Below, piece by piece: positions 48,476-58,299 of a DNA stretch of 64,000 bases. Both the position numbers and the translations under genes were made by a program. The stretch lies in contig JBBRXO010000002.1 in the NCBI GenBank assembly GCA_038248345.1, positions 22,681-86,680 of the forward strand, read 5' to 3'. Each line of letters starts with the position of its first letter. The first letter of the stretch is position 1. This DNA is from Armatimonadota bacterium. Its GTDB lineage: Bacteria > Armatimonadota > Hebobacteria > CAIYQO01. The notes beneath the pieces were generated by a model, which saw nothing but the letters and a program-made list of their open reading frames with translations, made no database searches and was not told the DNA's origin.

Positions 48476-49600
48476 ATGATAGACCTGAATGAAATGAAGA
48501 AGCAGACTGCCGATACCTGCGCGACAGCCCGAGCGCTATATACACAGTTGCGCATTCCTGCCCGCGAGGAAAAGCTGGCAGATGAGGTGGTAAAGACTGA
48601 AGAACCCAACCTATGGGATGACCCGGAGACCGCCCAGAAGTTGATGGCTGACGTGGGCAGGAGACGCAATGCACTTGCCCCCTGGCGCAAGCTCATAAGC
48701 ATGGCAGACGATGCGATGATAATGGCGGAGATGGCGGAGGAAGCTGACGACCAGGAAAGCGCACACGAAGCGGAACAACTGACGGAAGAAGTGCGCCTCT
48801 TACTGGAACGACTAAATACCGAAGCGCTTTTTGCCGATCCGCTGGATGCCAGCAACGCTATTATTGAAATCAACGCCGGCGCGGGAGGCACCGAAGCCTG
48901 TGACTGGGCGGGGATGCTCGGACGCATGTATTTGCGCTGGGCAGAAAGGCGCGGCTTCCAGGCGGATGTTATTGACCAGCTGGACGGTGAGCAAGCAGGC
49001 GTAAAGTCGATGACGATAGAAATAACCGGGGACTTTACCTATGGTTACCTGAAATCCGAGCGCGGCGCGCACCGGCTCATCCGTTTCTCCCCCTTTAACT
49101 CCAAAGGCAGCCGGGAGACCTCGTTCGCCTCGGTCAGCGTCATCCCTGATGTCGGCGATGATGCCGATGTGGAATTGAAGGAAGACGACCTGAAGATCGA
49201 TACCTACCGTGCCAGTGGGGCCGGTGGACAGCATGTAAACAAGACTGAATCAGCGATCCGAATCACCCATTTACCTACTAACACAGTGGTTACCTGTCAG
49301 AATGAACGAAGCCAGCAGAAGAACAAAGTCTCGGCAATGCGCGTGCTGAAGTCGCGCCTGCTGCAGAAGCAGCGAGAAGAGCAGGAAGCGGTGATGGCGA
49401 AGCTGCAGGGTGTCAAAACCGATATCGCTTTCGGTAACCAGATCCGTACCTATTTTCTACAACCCTATACTCTGGTGAAGGATCACCGCACCGATTATGA
49501 AACCGGCAACGCTAATGCCGTGCTGGACGGCGACCTGGATAATTTCATGATTGCCTACCTGCGGCAACTGGCAGATATTCGGTCAGTAGTAACTGAATAA
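48476..49600 (+). CDS. prfB: Peptide chain release factor 2
   Basis: GAGGTEACDWA, SPF tripeptide anticodon, GAGGQHVNKT. Confidence 0.96.
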   Translation: MIDLNEMKKQTADTCATARALYTQLRIPAREEKLADEVVKTEEPNLWDDPETAQKLMADVGRRRNALAPWRKLISMADDAMIMAEMAEEADDQESAHEAEQLTEEVRLLLERLNTEALFADPLDASNAIIEINAGAGGTEACDWAGMLGRMYLRWAERRGFQADVIDQLDGEQAGVKSMTIEITGDFTYGYLKSERGAHRLIRFSPFNSKGSRETSFASVSVIPDVGDDADVELKEDDLKIDTYRASGAGGQHVNKTESAIRITHLPTNTVVTCQNERSQQKNKVSAMRVLKSRLLQKQREEQEAVMAKLQGVKTDIAFGNQIRTYFLQPYTLVKDHRTDYETGNANAVLDGDLDNFMIAYLRQLADIRSVVTE

Positions 49601-49621
49601 TCCACAGCCGAAAATAAATAC

Positions 49622-49661
49622 AAAAAACGCCGTGTGGTATAAACCACACGGCGTTTTCTTT
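49622..49661. terminator. Bidirectional terminator
   Basis: AAAAAACGCCGTGTGGT-ATAA-ACCACACGGCGTTTTCTTT between convergent genes. Confidence 0.9.
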
Positions 49662-49674
49662 GTCATTACCTGAC

Positions 49675-52600
49675 CTAGAAGGTACCGGTACCAGTGTCGG
49701 TCGTATCGATAGCAACCGCGTCCGTCGGGATAAGGATGCTGAGGGTGAATGCAGAAGCAATCACCTTGATCATGTTGTTCTCTGGCGCCAGACCTACGAC
49801 ACTACCGAGGTTATTGAAGTTTTGTGCCCCGATAATTTTGCCGTCCGTCAGGTTGATCATTTCGATCCGTGAGATGAATGCCCCTTTGGAGTTGCGCAAT
49901 CCGGCGATAATGCCGATGTTGCCAACAGCCAGGAAGCGATCATATCCTCCGATAGCAACCGAGCCAGAATCTTTAACAGTCCAGCCCAATTCGGATTTCG
50001 TCAGATCGAGATATTGCGTTTTATCCGGCAGTGAAGCGACCAGGCCGGTGGGGCCTGCGGCGGCTAAACTGCGTGGCGCGATATTATTGAACTCAATTAC
50101 ATCTACCGATGTCTTGGAATATACCAACACATGCGGATCGGTGGCCGTCTGCTTCGGATCCGCCGTGGCAATGGCGATATAATCGCTGGTAGGGCTGACC
50201 GCGATGGCGGTGACCGGTAGGTTGTCTGAACGTGTGCCCGCCAACGATAATCTATCACCACTGGCCGAGTAGAATTCAACGCCCATCTCTGTGTTGGCGA
50301 CTGCCAGATTGCCATCAGGTGTCAAAGCGATGAATGGGCGTCCAGCCTGAAAAGATTCTAACTTGATTATCGGAGTATCGGCATTGTCTTTGCTGTAGAA
50401 CAGTATCGCTGGATTGGTATTCTTTGCTTCCGAAGTGATAACGGCGATACTACCCGCCTGGCTGGCTATCTGTGCTTCCAGCATATGCCGTCCGGTATTG
50501 AGCGCAAAAGCTACTTTACGCGCTTCGGAGCCATCCGGATTCAGCACAACGATAGTGGCATTGCCGTCGGTTTCTGTTGCATAGCCACGTGCTTTTCCGT
50601 ACTGGTCGCGCAGCAGGATACCATAAGCGCCCAGTTGAATGTCCTGTTTGGGTGCCTTCGTTATCGGGTCAAGTATGGTCAGTATTGACCATGCTGAAGA
50701 GGTTACGCCTGTGGCGGTAATGGTCTTTGTCTGCAATTGTCGCAAGTTATCGGATACATAGTCGGAAGCCATACCGCTATAGCCTGCCAGAGCAAGTGGT
50801 TTAACTGGGATCGTAACGGTTGGTTTATATGCCGTGAAGTTCAATGTCACAGTAGCGGTGAAATCGCCCTTCACCCCTGCCGTGGCAGTCACAGTAACTA
50901 CAGCCGGTTTGTCCGGCGCGATGAGATAGGTGATAGCACGGCCATCAGCTGCTGAGTACATCAGGCTTCTACCTAATTTGAATTTACCTGCGGTTGTGGC
51001 GAACGTCACCGGCACACCGCGCAATGCTGTCCCACCCTTTGGAGCTGCCGGTGGCGCTGCACCAGCGCCGCCACCGGCCATCGGGTCAGTTGCCTGGACT
51101 TTTGCCATTTTAACTACTTTATAGTCTATGGCGAATTTCGGGGATACTTTTGCATTTGCTGGCAAGGCACCTAAAGCACCCATACCACTTCCACCTGCAC
51201 CAGTACCACGGCCTCCTGCACCCCCGCCAGCACCCGCTCCGCCACCTGCTGCGGCACCGCCGCCGGTGGCTGAACCGATAACCGTTGCGATGATCATATA
51301 TTCGGTTTCACCATCGGCAATGCCCTCACTCGGGGTTGCTGCGAGGTCAATCTGTGCGACAGTAACTGCCAGCCCAGCATTTTGGCCACCTTGCTGGTTG
51401 TTGTTACCATTGTTATTGTTATTGTAGCCGTTGTTGTTGTAGTTGTTGTTGTTGTAGCCACCGTTATTATTGTTATAGCCGCCGTTGTTGTTGTTGTTGT
51501 AGCCACCGTTGTTATTGTTGTTGTAGCCACCGTTGTTATTGTTGTAGCCACCGTTGTTGTTGTTGTAGCCACCGTTGTTATAACCGCCGTTGTTATAGCC
51601 ACCGTTGTTGTTGTTGTTGTTGTAACCACCATTATTGTTGTTATAGCCGCCGTTGTTATAGCCACCGTTGTTATAGCCACCACCATATGGTTGGTTATTG
51701 CCAATCGAGGTGAAGTTTATCATTGTGTTGCCGCGTAGACCGCCCGCATCTACCGCTATTACCGCTGAGCCAGCGATATTAGAGGCCATGATCTCATTGT
51801 CGATATTGCCATAGCTATCGGTGATCCCTTGAATACTGCGTAGTCGTCCGCCGGTAGTCGAGAATATTACTGGGCGATTGCTCAAGTACATGCCCCCCTG
51901 ATCTATCAGGTTAACATGAATGAGCGCGCGGCTATTACCATCTGCCGGGATGTTATTGGGGGTAACGGATACCGTAACGCCCGGGCTATTCGCCGGTAGA
52001 TTGTTAACATTCCCATTGTTGGGGTTTGCCAAAGTGGAGCCAAGGACAGTAATACGAGTAGAAGCGCCGACCGGCCCATTAAATGCGTACGCCGTCACCG
52101 TACCTACATTTTCCGCAGCCAGAGAAACGTCGAGGGTGACAATACCAGTAGTATCGGTGGTTGTCTGTCCCTGCTGCAAGCGTCCACCACTTGTCCAGAA
52201 GGTGATATTTTGCCCGGACAACGTTCCACTACCGCCCAGACGAGCTGTCAGTGTGGAACTGCTACCCTGGGTACTGGCCCGATTGAGATCGACAGTCGAA
52301 GGATTGGCCGAAAGAGATAACGTATTATTCGGTGCCGATGTTCCTCCTGTCACTGTAAAGACTACGATTTGTGATGTTGGAGGATCCTGGAAGTAACGTC
52401 CACCATCACGCGCGGTGAACATCACTGCGTAGGTACCATTCTGTGCCGGTGCATACCAGTACCAATCTCCCGTATAGGAGGTGGCATTGAAGTTGTTGTT
52501 ATTGCTTGGCTGCTCTGTAACTGTGCCGGTACTTGCCTGCGCCGAAACAATCACCTGGTCGTTCACGATGCCACCCAAGCCACTCTGGCCTGAGGAAACA

Positions 52601-52773
52601 TCCGTATCGGTGGCCGTAACGGTGATGCGGACACTACGCCCGGCAGTCACCGACGTGGCATTCGGTCGTGCCGTCACTGTAATCGGATTGCCTCGGCTAT
52701 ATTGCTGGGCAAACGCGGCTGAAGTCACTAAAAATAGTGACAAGCATAGGAATACCATCATGCGAGTTCTCAT
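49675..52773 (-). CDS. Large secreted protein: Ig-like (Big_1/invasin-type) domains, N/G/Y low-complexity tract, G/A linker, probable C-terminal beta-propeller
   Basis: AFA signal peptide; IPADGNSRALIHV..VIFSTTGG and IADGETE..GVPVTFATTAG repeats; ALTPDG and IAVSPTSDYIAIA blades. Confidence 0.8.
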   Translation of the reverse strand: MRTRMMVFLCLSLFLVTSAAFAQQYSRGNPITVTARPNATSVTAGRSVRITVTATDTDVSSGQSGLGGIVNDQVIVSAQASTGTVTEQPSNNNNFNATSYTGDWYWYAPAQNGTYAVMFTARDGGRYFQDPPTSQIVVFTVTGGTSAPNNTLSLSANPSTVDLNRASTQGSSSTLTARLGGSGTLSGQNITFWTSGGRLQQGQTTTDTTGIVTLDVSLAAENVGTVTAYAFNGPVGASTRITVLGSTLANPNNGNVNNLPANSPGVTVSVTPNNIPADGNSRALIHVNLIDQGGMYLSNRPVIFSTTGGRLRSIQGITDSYGNIDNEIMASNIAGSAVIAVDAGGLRGNTMINFTSIGNNQPYGGGYNNGGYNNGGYNNNNGGYNNNNNNGGYNNGGYNNGGYNNNNGGYNNNNGGYNNNNNGGYNNNNNGGYNNNNGGYNNNNYNNNGYNNNNNGNNNQQGGQNAGLAVTVAQIDLAATPSEGIADGETEYMIIATVIGSATGGGAAAGGGAGAGGGAGGRGTGAGGSGMGALGALPANAKVSPKFAIDYKVVKMAKVQATDPMAGGGAGAAPPAAPKGGTALRGVPVTFATTAGKFKLGRSLMYSAADGRAITYLIAPDKPAVVTVTATAGVKGDFTATVTLNFTAYKPTVTIPVKPLALAGYSGMASDYVSDNLRQLQTKTITATGVTSSAWSILTILDPITKAPKQDIQLGAYGILLRDQYGKARGYATETDGNATIVVLNPDGSEARKVAFALNTGRHMLEAQIASQAGSIAVITSEAKNTNPAILFYSKDNADTPIIKLESFQAGRPFIALTPDGNLAVANTEMGVEFYSASGDRLSLAGTRSDNLPVTAIAVSPTSDYIAIATADPKQTATDPHVLVYSKTSVDVIEFNNIAPRSLAAAGPTGLVASLPDKTQYLDLTKSELGWTVKDSGSVAIGGYDRFLAVGNIGIIAGLRNSKGAFISRIEMINLTDGKIIGAQNFNNLGSVVGLAPENNMIKVIASAFTLSILIPTDAVAIDTTDTGTGTF

Positions 52774-52902
52774 TGTGCTACACCTCTCCTAGTTATTTTA
52801 CTGCATAATACGCAGAAAGTGCAAAGGTAGTTGCAATTTCATGGTAATATTTCGCCACATATACGAGAAGGCCTTTTTTCATTGACGCTGAATATACAGA
52901 AT

Positions 52903-54048
52903 ATGGAAAAAAATAATGAGTATGGGCAGATAATTCGTGCTGGAATAACCATTGCAGCGGTTGTTCTTGCCGTTTTGCTGTTCGTCTATCTCGTGCATCA
53001 GCTGGTCGCGCTGATTATGTTGGTGCTTTTCGCCGTGGTTATCGCCACCGGTATCGATCCGTTTGTCACCCGGCTACAACAGTTGACGCAAAGATGGTGG
53101 AAGATGACACGTGGTCAGGCTACTCTGATTATCATTCTGAGTATGCTGGCAATATTAGTAGGTATCTCCTCCTTTCTGCTGGTCACCGCCATCAAAGAGT
53201 CGCTCACTTTCGTAGAAAAGACCTTGCCTGTACTCCAGGCGGAGTTGACGAGGTGGAGCGGCCAAAAACAATATCTACCCGATGCAGCGCAGATCTTTGA
53301 AAAACTCAGTATGCAATCGGGGCAAGTATTGGAATACCTCTTCTCTACGACTCGCGCCATCTTCGGGATTCTCGGCGGAGTCTTCACCGTCATCATACTG
53401 CTGGTGCTGACGTACTTTTTCACCAGCGGCAAAGATGACCTCGTTTATTTACTCACCCAGTTCGTCCCGACACCCTATCAGCGGCGTGCACGTGCGGTGG
53501 CACACCTGGCAGCGCAGAAGATGGGGGGCTGGATCCGCGGGCAATTCACTATCGCGGGCATTATCCTCATCACCATCTCGCTGGGGATGACTGCATTACG
53601 GATAGATTACCCTATCCTTATCGGGTTAGTGGGCGGCTTTGGTGAGCTGATCCCCATGGTGGGTGCCTACGGCGCTTTTTGGGTGGCGCTCACTATAGTG
53701 CTGGTCAATCATGCTCCATTGTGGCAGGTTATCGCAGTCATAGTCTTCTTCGGCATTCTTACCCAGTTGGATAACTATGTGTTGGCTCCGCGCGTAATGG
53801 AGAAAAATGTCGATATGCCTCCCATCACATCTATAATGGCAGTACTTTGCGGCGCCAGCCTTCTCGGTCTGGCTGGCGCTCTCATCGCCATTCCCATCTC
53901 CGCCGGGATCAGAGTGGTAATGTACGAGGTAATTTTCCCCCTTATTCAAGGCAAAACATATGATCAGATAGTCGAAGCTTCGCCGAAATATCGCCGAAAG
54001 AAACTGCAGGAGAAGAAAAAGAGCGACAAATCCGAAAAGAATAGCTGA
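52903..54048 (+). CDS. AI-2E family transporter
   Basis: WIRGQ, ELIPMVGA, QLDNYVLAPRVM, GALIAIP. Confidence 0.9.
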   Translation: MEKNNEYGQIIRAGITIAAVVLAVLLFVYLVHQLVALIMLVLFAVVIATGIDPFVTRLQQLTQRWWKMTRGQATLIIILSMLAILVGISSFLLVTAIKESLTFVEKTLPVLQAELTRWSGQKQYLPDAAQIFEKLSMQSGQVLEYLFSTTRAIFGILGGVFTVIILLVLTYFFTSGKDDLVYLLTQFVPTPYQRRARAVAHLAAQKMGGWIRGQFTIAGIILITISLGMTALRIDYPILIGLVGGFGELIPMVGAYGAFWVALTIVLVNHAPLWQVIAVIVFFGILTQLDNYVLAPRVMEKNVDMPPITSIMAVLCGASLLGLAGALIAIPISAGIRVVMYEVIFPLIQGKTYDQIVEASPKYRRKKLQEKKKSDKSEKNS

Positions 54049-54149
54049 TTACCCGCTACGTTTGCAGGTAATAGCTTCACTGTATGGTATTATTATACCA
54101 TTGCCCGGTGGCGCTAAAGGCTGGCTATGCCGGGTAAATTTTTGTGAAA

Positions 54150-54270
54150 GATCAGTAATGAAGCGAGCTTCATTACTGGGGAATGAAAAAATCATGGCGC
54201 AGGAGGATACGCTCCGCTTCACTCCGGTATAAATACCGGAGTGCCGGCCTTGGAACTTGGAACTTGGAAC
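54150..54270 (+). repeat. H element + heptamer tract
   Basis: CAGTAATGAAGC-GA-GCTTCATTACTG, CACTCCGGTAT-AA-ATACCGGAGTG, (CTTGGAA)3; homologous to 56692-56813. Confidence 0.8.
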
Positions 54271-54295
54271 TTTTTTCGTAGGAGTAAGCAGAATC

Positions 54296-55309
54296 ATGAT
54301 TAACATCGGCATAATCGGCATGGGCGGAATCTCCGGCTGCCATCTGGGCGCATATGCGACGCTAGCAGATAAAGCGCATATCGTCGCCTGTTGCGACATC
54401 ATCCCCGAACGCGCTGCGGGCAAGGCGAAAGATTTCACTATCAATATCGGTAGCGGCTCCAGCGCCGACCTGAATGCGAAGGCCTACACGGATTACCGCG
54501 ACTTGCTGGCTGACCCGGAAGTACAGATGGTAGATATCTGCCTGCCGACGGATTTGCACGCCGAGGTGGCAATTGCCGCATTGCAGGCAGGCAAGCATGT
54601 GCTCTGCGAGAAGCCAATGGCGCTGAATGTGGCTGAATGCGACCAGATGGTCACAGCTGCTACCGCTTCCAACCACTTCCTGATGGTGGCGCACTGCATC
54701 CGCTTCTGGCCGGAATATGTCTATCTGAAGGAACTGGTGGCAAATAACACCTATGGCGCGCTGCACCACGGGCATTTCACCCGCGTCTCTGCTTCGCCAG
54801 CCTGGGTAGCAGATAACTGGTTCTTGCAGCAACGGCGCAGTGGCGGTGTCATGCTCGATATGCACATCCATGATACCGACTATATCCTCTACTTGCTTGG
54901 CAAACCGTCACAGGTATCGGTACGCGGTTTAGAAAATGCCGATGGTTTGAACACTTATGGCATCGTTGATTACCACTACGCTGATGGCCCGATCATCACC
55001 GCGGAAAGCGGCTGGGATTATGCACCACATTTCCCCTTTCGTATGACTTTCCGCTGTGTTTTTGAGGGGGCTACTGTCGAGTTAGATGATTCCCGTGCCC
55101 CATTCACCGTCTACCCGAAAGATGGCGTACCGTTTGTGCCAGAGCTATTACCGGGCGATGGCTACCAGCGGGAGATCGCATATTTCATCGACTGTATTGA
55201 ACGTAACGTGGCTCCTGCAATTGTCACCCCCGCAGCGGCACGCGATAGTCTCGCAGTAGTAATCGCCGAAATTGATTCCTTGCGTAGCCGCCAATCGGTC
55301 GCGTTGTAA
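54296..55309 (+). CDS. Gfo/Idh/MocA oxidoreductase
   Basis: GIIGMGGI, HVLCEKP, GGVMLDMHIHD. Confidence 0.92.
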   Translation: MINIGIIGMGGISGCHLGAYATLADKAHIVACCDIIPERAAGKAKDFTINIGSGSSADLNAKAYTDYRDLLADPEVQMVDICLPTDLHAEVAIAALQAGKHVLCEKPMALNVAECDQMVTAATASNHFLMVAHCIRFWPEYVYLKELVANNTYGALHHGHFTRVSASPAWVADNWFLQQRRSGGVMLDMHIHDTDYILYLLGKPSQVSVRGLENADGLNTYGIVDYHYADGPIITAESGWDYAPHFPFRMTFRCVFEGATVELDDSRAPFTVYPKDGVPFVPELLPGDGYQREIAYFIDCIERNVAPAIVTPAAARDSLAVVIAEIDSLRSRQSVAL

Positions 55310-55342
55310 CTATTCAACTAAAACCACCTGGGAGTTTGCTTA

Positions 55343-56164
55343 ATGACTACATTGTCGCTGGGAGTTATCGTCGGTTTAACCGATACTCCGGAAAATCTAT
55401 TCGCCCCTGTCCGTGAGATGGGGCTGACTACCTGCCAGCTATGCTCATGGAAACCCAATGAGCTTACGCCGGAACTGCTGGAGCGTACCAAAGCGGCCGC
55501 CAGCGCCGCTGGGGTGACGATTACCCTCTTCTGGTGCGGCTACAGCGGTCCCGTGGCGTGGAACTACATCGATGGCCCGGCTCTTACCGGCCTGATGCCG
55601 CCTGAAATGCGTGCCTTGCGCACCCAGGAGTTGAAACGTGGGGTCGATATCGCCGTCACGTTGGGCGTTCCCGATATCGCCACCCACGTGGGGTTCCTGC
55701 CGCTCGATTCCAAAGATAAAAACTACCTGGATGCAGTAGCCGCCCTCAAAGAAATCGCCGAATATGCTCACGACAAGGGAATCTATTTCAATTTCGAGAC
55801 CGGCCAGGAAACCCCCATGGTACTGCTCCGCTGCATTCAGGATATCGGCATGGATAACGTAGGCATCAACCTTGATCCAGCGAACCTGCTCATGTACGGC
55901 AATGCCAACCCGGTAGACGCGCTAGACATTTTTGGCAAATATGTCCGCGGCGTCCATGCAAAAGATGGCGAATACCCGGTAGATGGCTATGAGCTGGGGG
56001 TAGAAAAAGCCCTTGGGGAAGGGCGCGTAAACTTCCCCGCCCTGGTGGCGAAGTTAAAAGCCGGTGGCTACACCGGTGCCCTCACCATCGAACGTGAAAT
56101 CAGCGGCCCCAAGCAAATCGATGATATCAAAAAAGCAATGGAGTTGCTGACGCCGTTGCTCTGA
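55343..56164 (+). CDS. Sugar phosphate isomerase/epimerase (AP_endonuc_2 fold)
   Basis: FETGQE, NLDPANL, VHAKDG, LTIERE. Confidence 0.9.
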   Translation: MTTLSLGVIVGLTDTPENLFAPVREMGLTTCQLCSWKPNELTPELLERTKAAASAAGVTITLFWCGYSGPVAWNYIDGPALTGLMPPEMRALRTQELKRGVDIAVTLGVPDIATHVGFLPLDSKDKNYLDAVAALKEIAEYAHDKGIYFNFETGQETPMVLLRCIQDIGMDNVGINLDPANLLMYGNANPVDALDIFGKYVRGVHAKDGEYPVDGYELGVEKALGEGRVNFPALVAKLKAGGYTGALTIEREISGPKQIDDIKKAMELLTPLL

Positions 56165-56177
56165 TGAAGAAAGACTT

Positions 56178-56744
56178 ATGACTCACGAACACACCCATGA
56201 GCGGCGCTACGATTTGCCCTTTACCTGGCCGTCGCCCGCATATTCTGTGGTACTGGTAGAACCGGAGATACCCCCCAACACTGGGAATATCGCCCGGCTC
56301 TGCGCGGCCACTGGTACGCCGCTGCACCTGGTGGGGCATCTGGGGTTCCATCCGCATGACCGCAATCTGCGCCGCGCGGGCGTCGATTACTGGGATGAGG
56401 TTAATATTCACCGGCATGTGAGCATTGACGCCTATCTGGAGTCTGAGAGACCGCCGCACTTTTACCTTTTCAGCACCCGCGGTGAGCGTTCGCATTTCGA
56501 GGTAAATTTCCAACCCGGAGACGCTTTCATCTTCGGGAAGGAGAGCGCCGGACTGCCCGATGAATTGCTCGACAAATACCCGGACAACGTACTACAAATA
56601 CCCATGCGCATAGATAAGGTGCGCTCGCTCAACCTGGCTAACTCCGTCAGTATCGTCCTGTATGAGGCGCTGCGGCAGCATAATTATCGAGGATCAGTAA
56701 TGAAGCACGCTTCATTATGTGGGGATGAAAACCTGCAATTATAG
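56178..56744 (+). CDS. trmL: tRNA (cytidine(34)-2'-O)-methyltransferase
   Basis: EPEIPPNTGNIARLC, RRAGVDYW, FGKESAGLP, RSLNLANS. Confidence 0.93.
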   Translation: MTHEHTHERRYDLPFTWPSPAYSVVLVEPEIPPNTGNIARLCAATGTPLHLVGHLGFHPHDRNLRRAGVDYWDEVNIHRHVSIDAYLESERPPHFYLFSTRGERSHFEVNFQPGDAFIFGKESAGLPDELLDKYPDNVLQIPMRIDKVRSLNLANSVSIVLYEALRQHNYRGSVMKHASLCGDENLQL

Positions 56745-56813
56745 CATCTCTTTTCCCCAGAGTAAATACCGGGGTCGCTGGCTTTGGAACTAGGAACTAG
56801 AAACTAGAAACTA
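56692..56813 (+). repeat. H element + heptamer tract (overlaps the trmL 3' end)
   Basis: GATCAGTAATGAAGCACGCTTCATTA..GGGGATGAAA..AAATACCGGGG..TTGGAACTAGGAACTAGAAACTAGAAAC. Confidence 0.8.
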
Positions 56814-56831
56814 TTATCAAGGAGAATAACA

Positions 56832-57902
56832 ATGACACCACGCGAGAACTTTCTCTCATTATTGCGCCGTCAGGGCTATGAATATGCCCCGGTACAACTG
56901 GAATTCTGCCCGTCTTTGATAGAGCGATTCCACGCCGAAATCGGGGAAGGCATCAACTACGAAGAATATTTCCACCACCCCTATCAGCATGTAGCTGGCC
57001 AGTGGTGGGGCGGATCAGATCGGGATTGGAGCAGTTATTATCCCGAGGGGTTCGGTGCTGGCACCACCTTTAGCCATTGGGGTGTCGGGGCTGAACCAGG
57101 TAGCGCCGAGGCAATGCACATGCACCGAATGCTACATCCACTGCTGAACGCGGAGACGCTGGAAGATATCGAGAATTATCCTTATCCTGACATGGCCAGT
57201 GCCGACACCAGTAAAATGGCCGGTGAAGTAGCCGCTGTTCACGCACGCGGGCTGGCGAGCATGGTGAGCATGGCCTGCACTATCTGGGAGACGGCGTGGT
57301 ATATGCGTGGAATGGAACCGCTGATGATGGATATGCTTGGCGAAGATGATATGGCCACTGTGCTTTTCGATAAAATCACTGACCGAGCCTGTATCTGTGC
57401 CGCATTCGCCGCGACCGCGGACGTCGACATCGTCTTCCTGGGGGATGATGTGGGGATGCAACACAACCTGATGATGGCACCCGAGCTGTACCGCACCTGG
57501 ATCAAGCCGCGGCTGGCACGCGTTATCGCCGCCGCCAAAGACATCAAGCCCGACGTGATCATCGCCTACCATAGTTGCGGCTACGTTACCCCGCTCATCG
57601 GCGACCTGATGGAAGCAGGAGTAGAAGTGCTCAACCCGGTGCAACCCGAATGTATGGACTTCGCCGACCTCCACACCGAATTCGGCGACCGCCTCTCCTT
57701 CTGGGGCAGCGTCGGCACGCAGACCACCATGCCCTTCGGCACCCCCGCCGAGGTGGCCGCAGTAGTCAAGCGCAACCTCGACATCGCCGGCCCCCAAGGC
57801 GGCCTCTACTGCACCCCCACCCACCTGCTGGAGCCGGAAGTTCCGTGGGAGAATATCCTTGCATACGTTGAGGCATGTGGGGAGTATAATGTGAGGAAGT
57901 AG
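56832..57902 (+). CDS. Uroporphyrinogen decarboxylase-family protein (MtaA/CmuA-like)
   Basis: MTPRE, WYMRGME, GDDVG, YHSCG, LNPVQPECMD, PFGTPAEV. Confidence 0.85.
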   Translation: MTPRENFLSLLRRQGYEYAPVQLEFCPSLIERFHAEIGEGINYEEYFHHPYQHVAGQWWGGSDRDWSSYYPEGFGAGTTFSHWGVGAEPGSAEAMHMHRMLHPLLNAETLEDIENYPYPDMASADTSKMAGEVAAVHARGLASMVSMACTIWETAWYMRGMEPLMMDMLGEDDMATVLFDKITDRACICAAFAATADVDIVFLGDDVGMQHNLMMAPELYRTWIKPRLARVIAAAKDIKPDVIIAYHSCGYVTPLIGDLMEAGVEVLNPVQPECMDFADLHTEFGDRLSFWGSVGTQTTMPFGTPAEVAAVVKRNLDIAGPQGGLYCTPTHLLEPEVPWENILAYVEACGEYNVRK

Positions 57903-58043
57903 GGGGTAATTGTAAAGCCTAATTTCAATCCCTGGGGCTTTGCCGCAGGTCTGAATTATTGTATAGGAAAAAACGGCACGTTCTGGGTTTATCGTAACTC
58001 CTATTTTCAAGCCGGGTGGTGCGAAGAGGTTATCCTCTACCGT

Positions 58044-58157
58044 TTTAATTCACAGGATAGAAGGATAATATGGATAAAAAGGGCAGAGAAGTATTATCAT
58101 GCAAAGCTAATTCCTTCACCTTTTTATCCTGACTATCCTCATATCCTGTAAATTAAA
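58044..58157. repeat. Long imperfect inverted repeat, family F
   Basis: TTTAATTCACAGGATAGAAGGATAATATGGATAAAAAGG ... CCTTTTTATCCTGACTATCCTCATATCCTGTAAATTAAA. Confidence 0.8.
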
Positions 58158-58299
58158 GCATTGGGGCAGAATGCCATAACACGATTGCTTGCAGGCCAGA
58201 TAATTATATTGGGTTATCGGTGGAACCCACATTAGGGTTGATGATCATTGCATACTATTCATCCTGTAGCGCGTATAAGTAGCATAAGAGGTTATACTC

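Noticed and set aside
51391..51700. AAC-rich tract as a DGR template repeat
   Set aside because: It is in frame within a long gene and has no similarity to the CLec 3' region; no RT nearby
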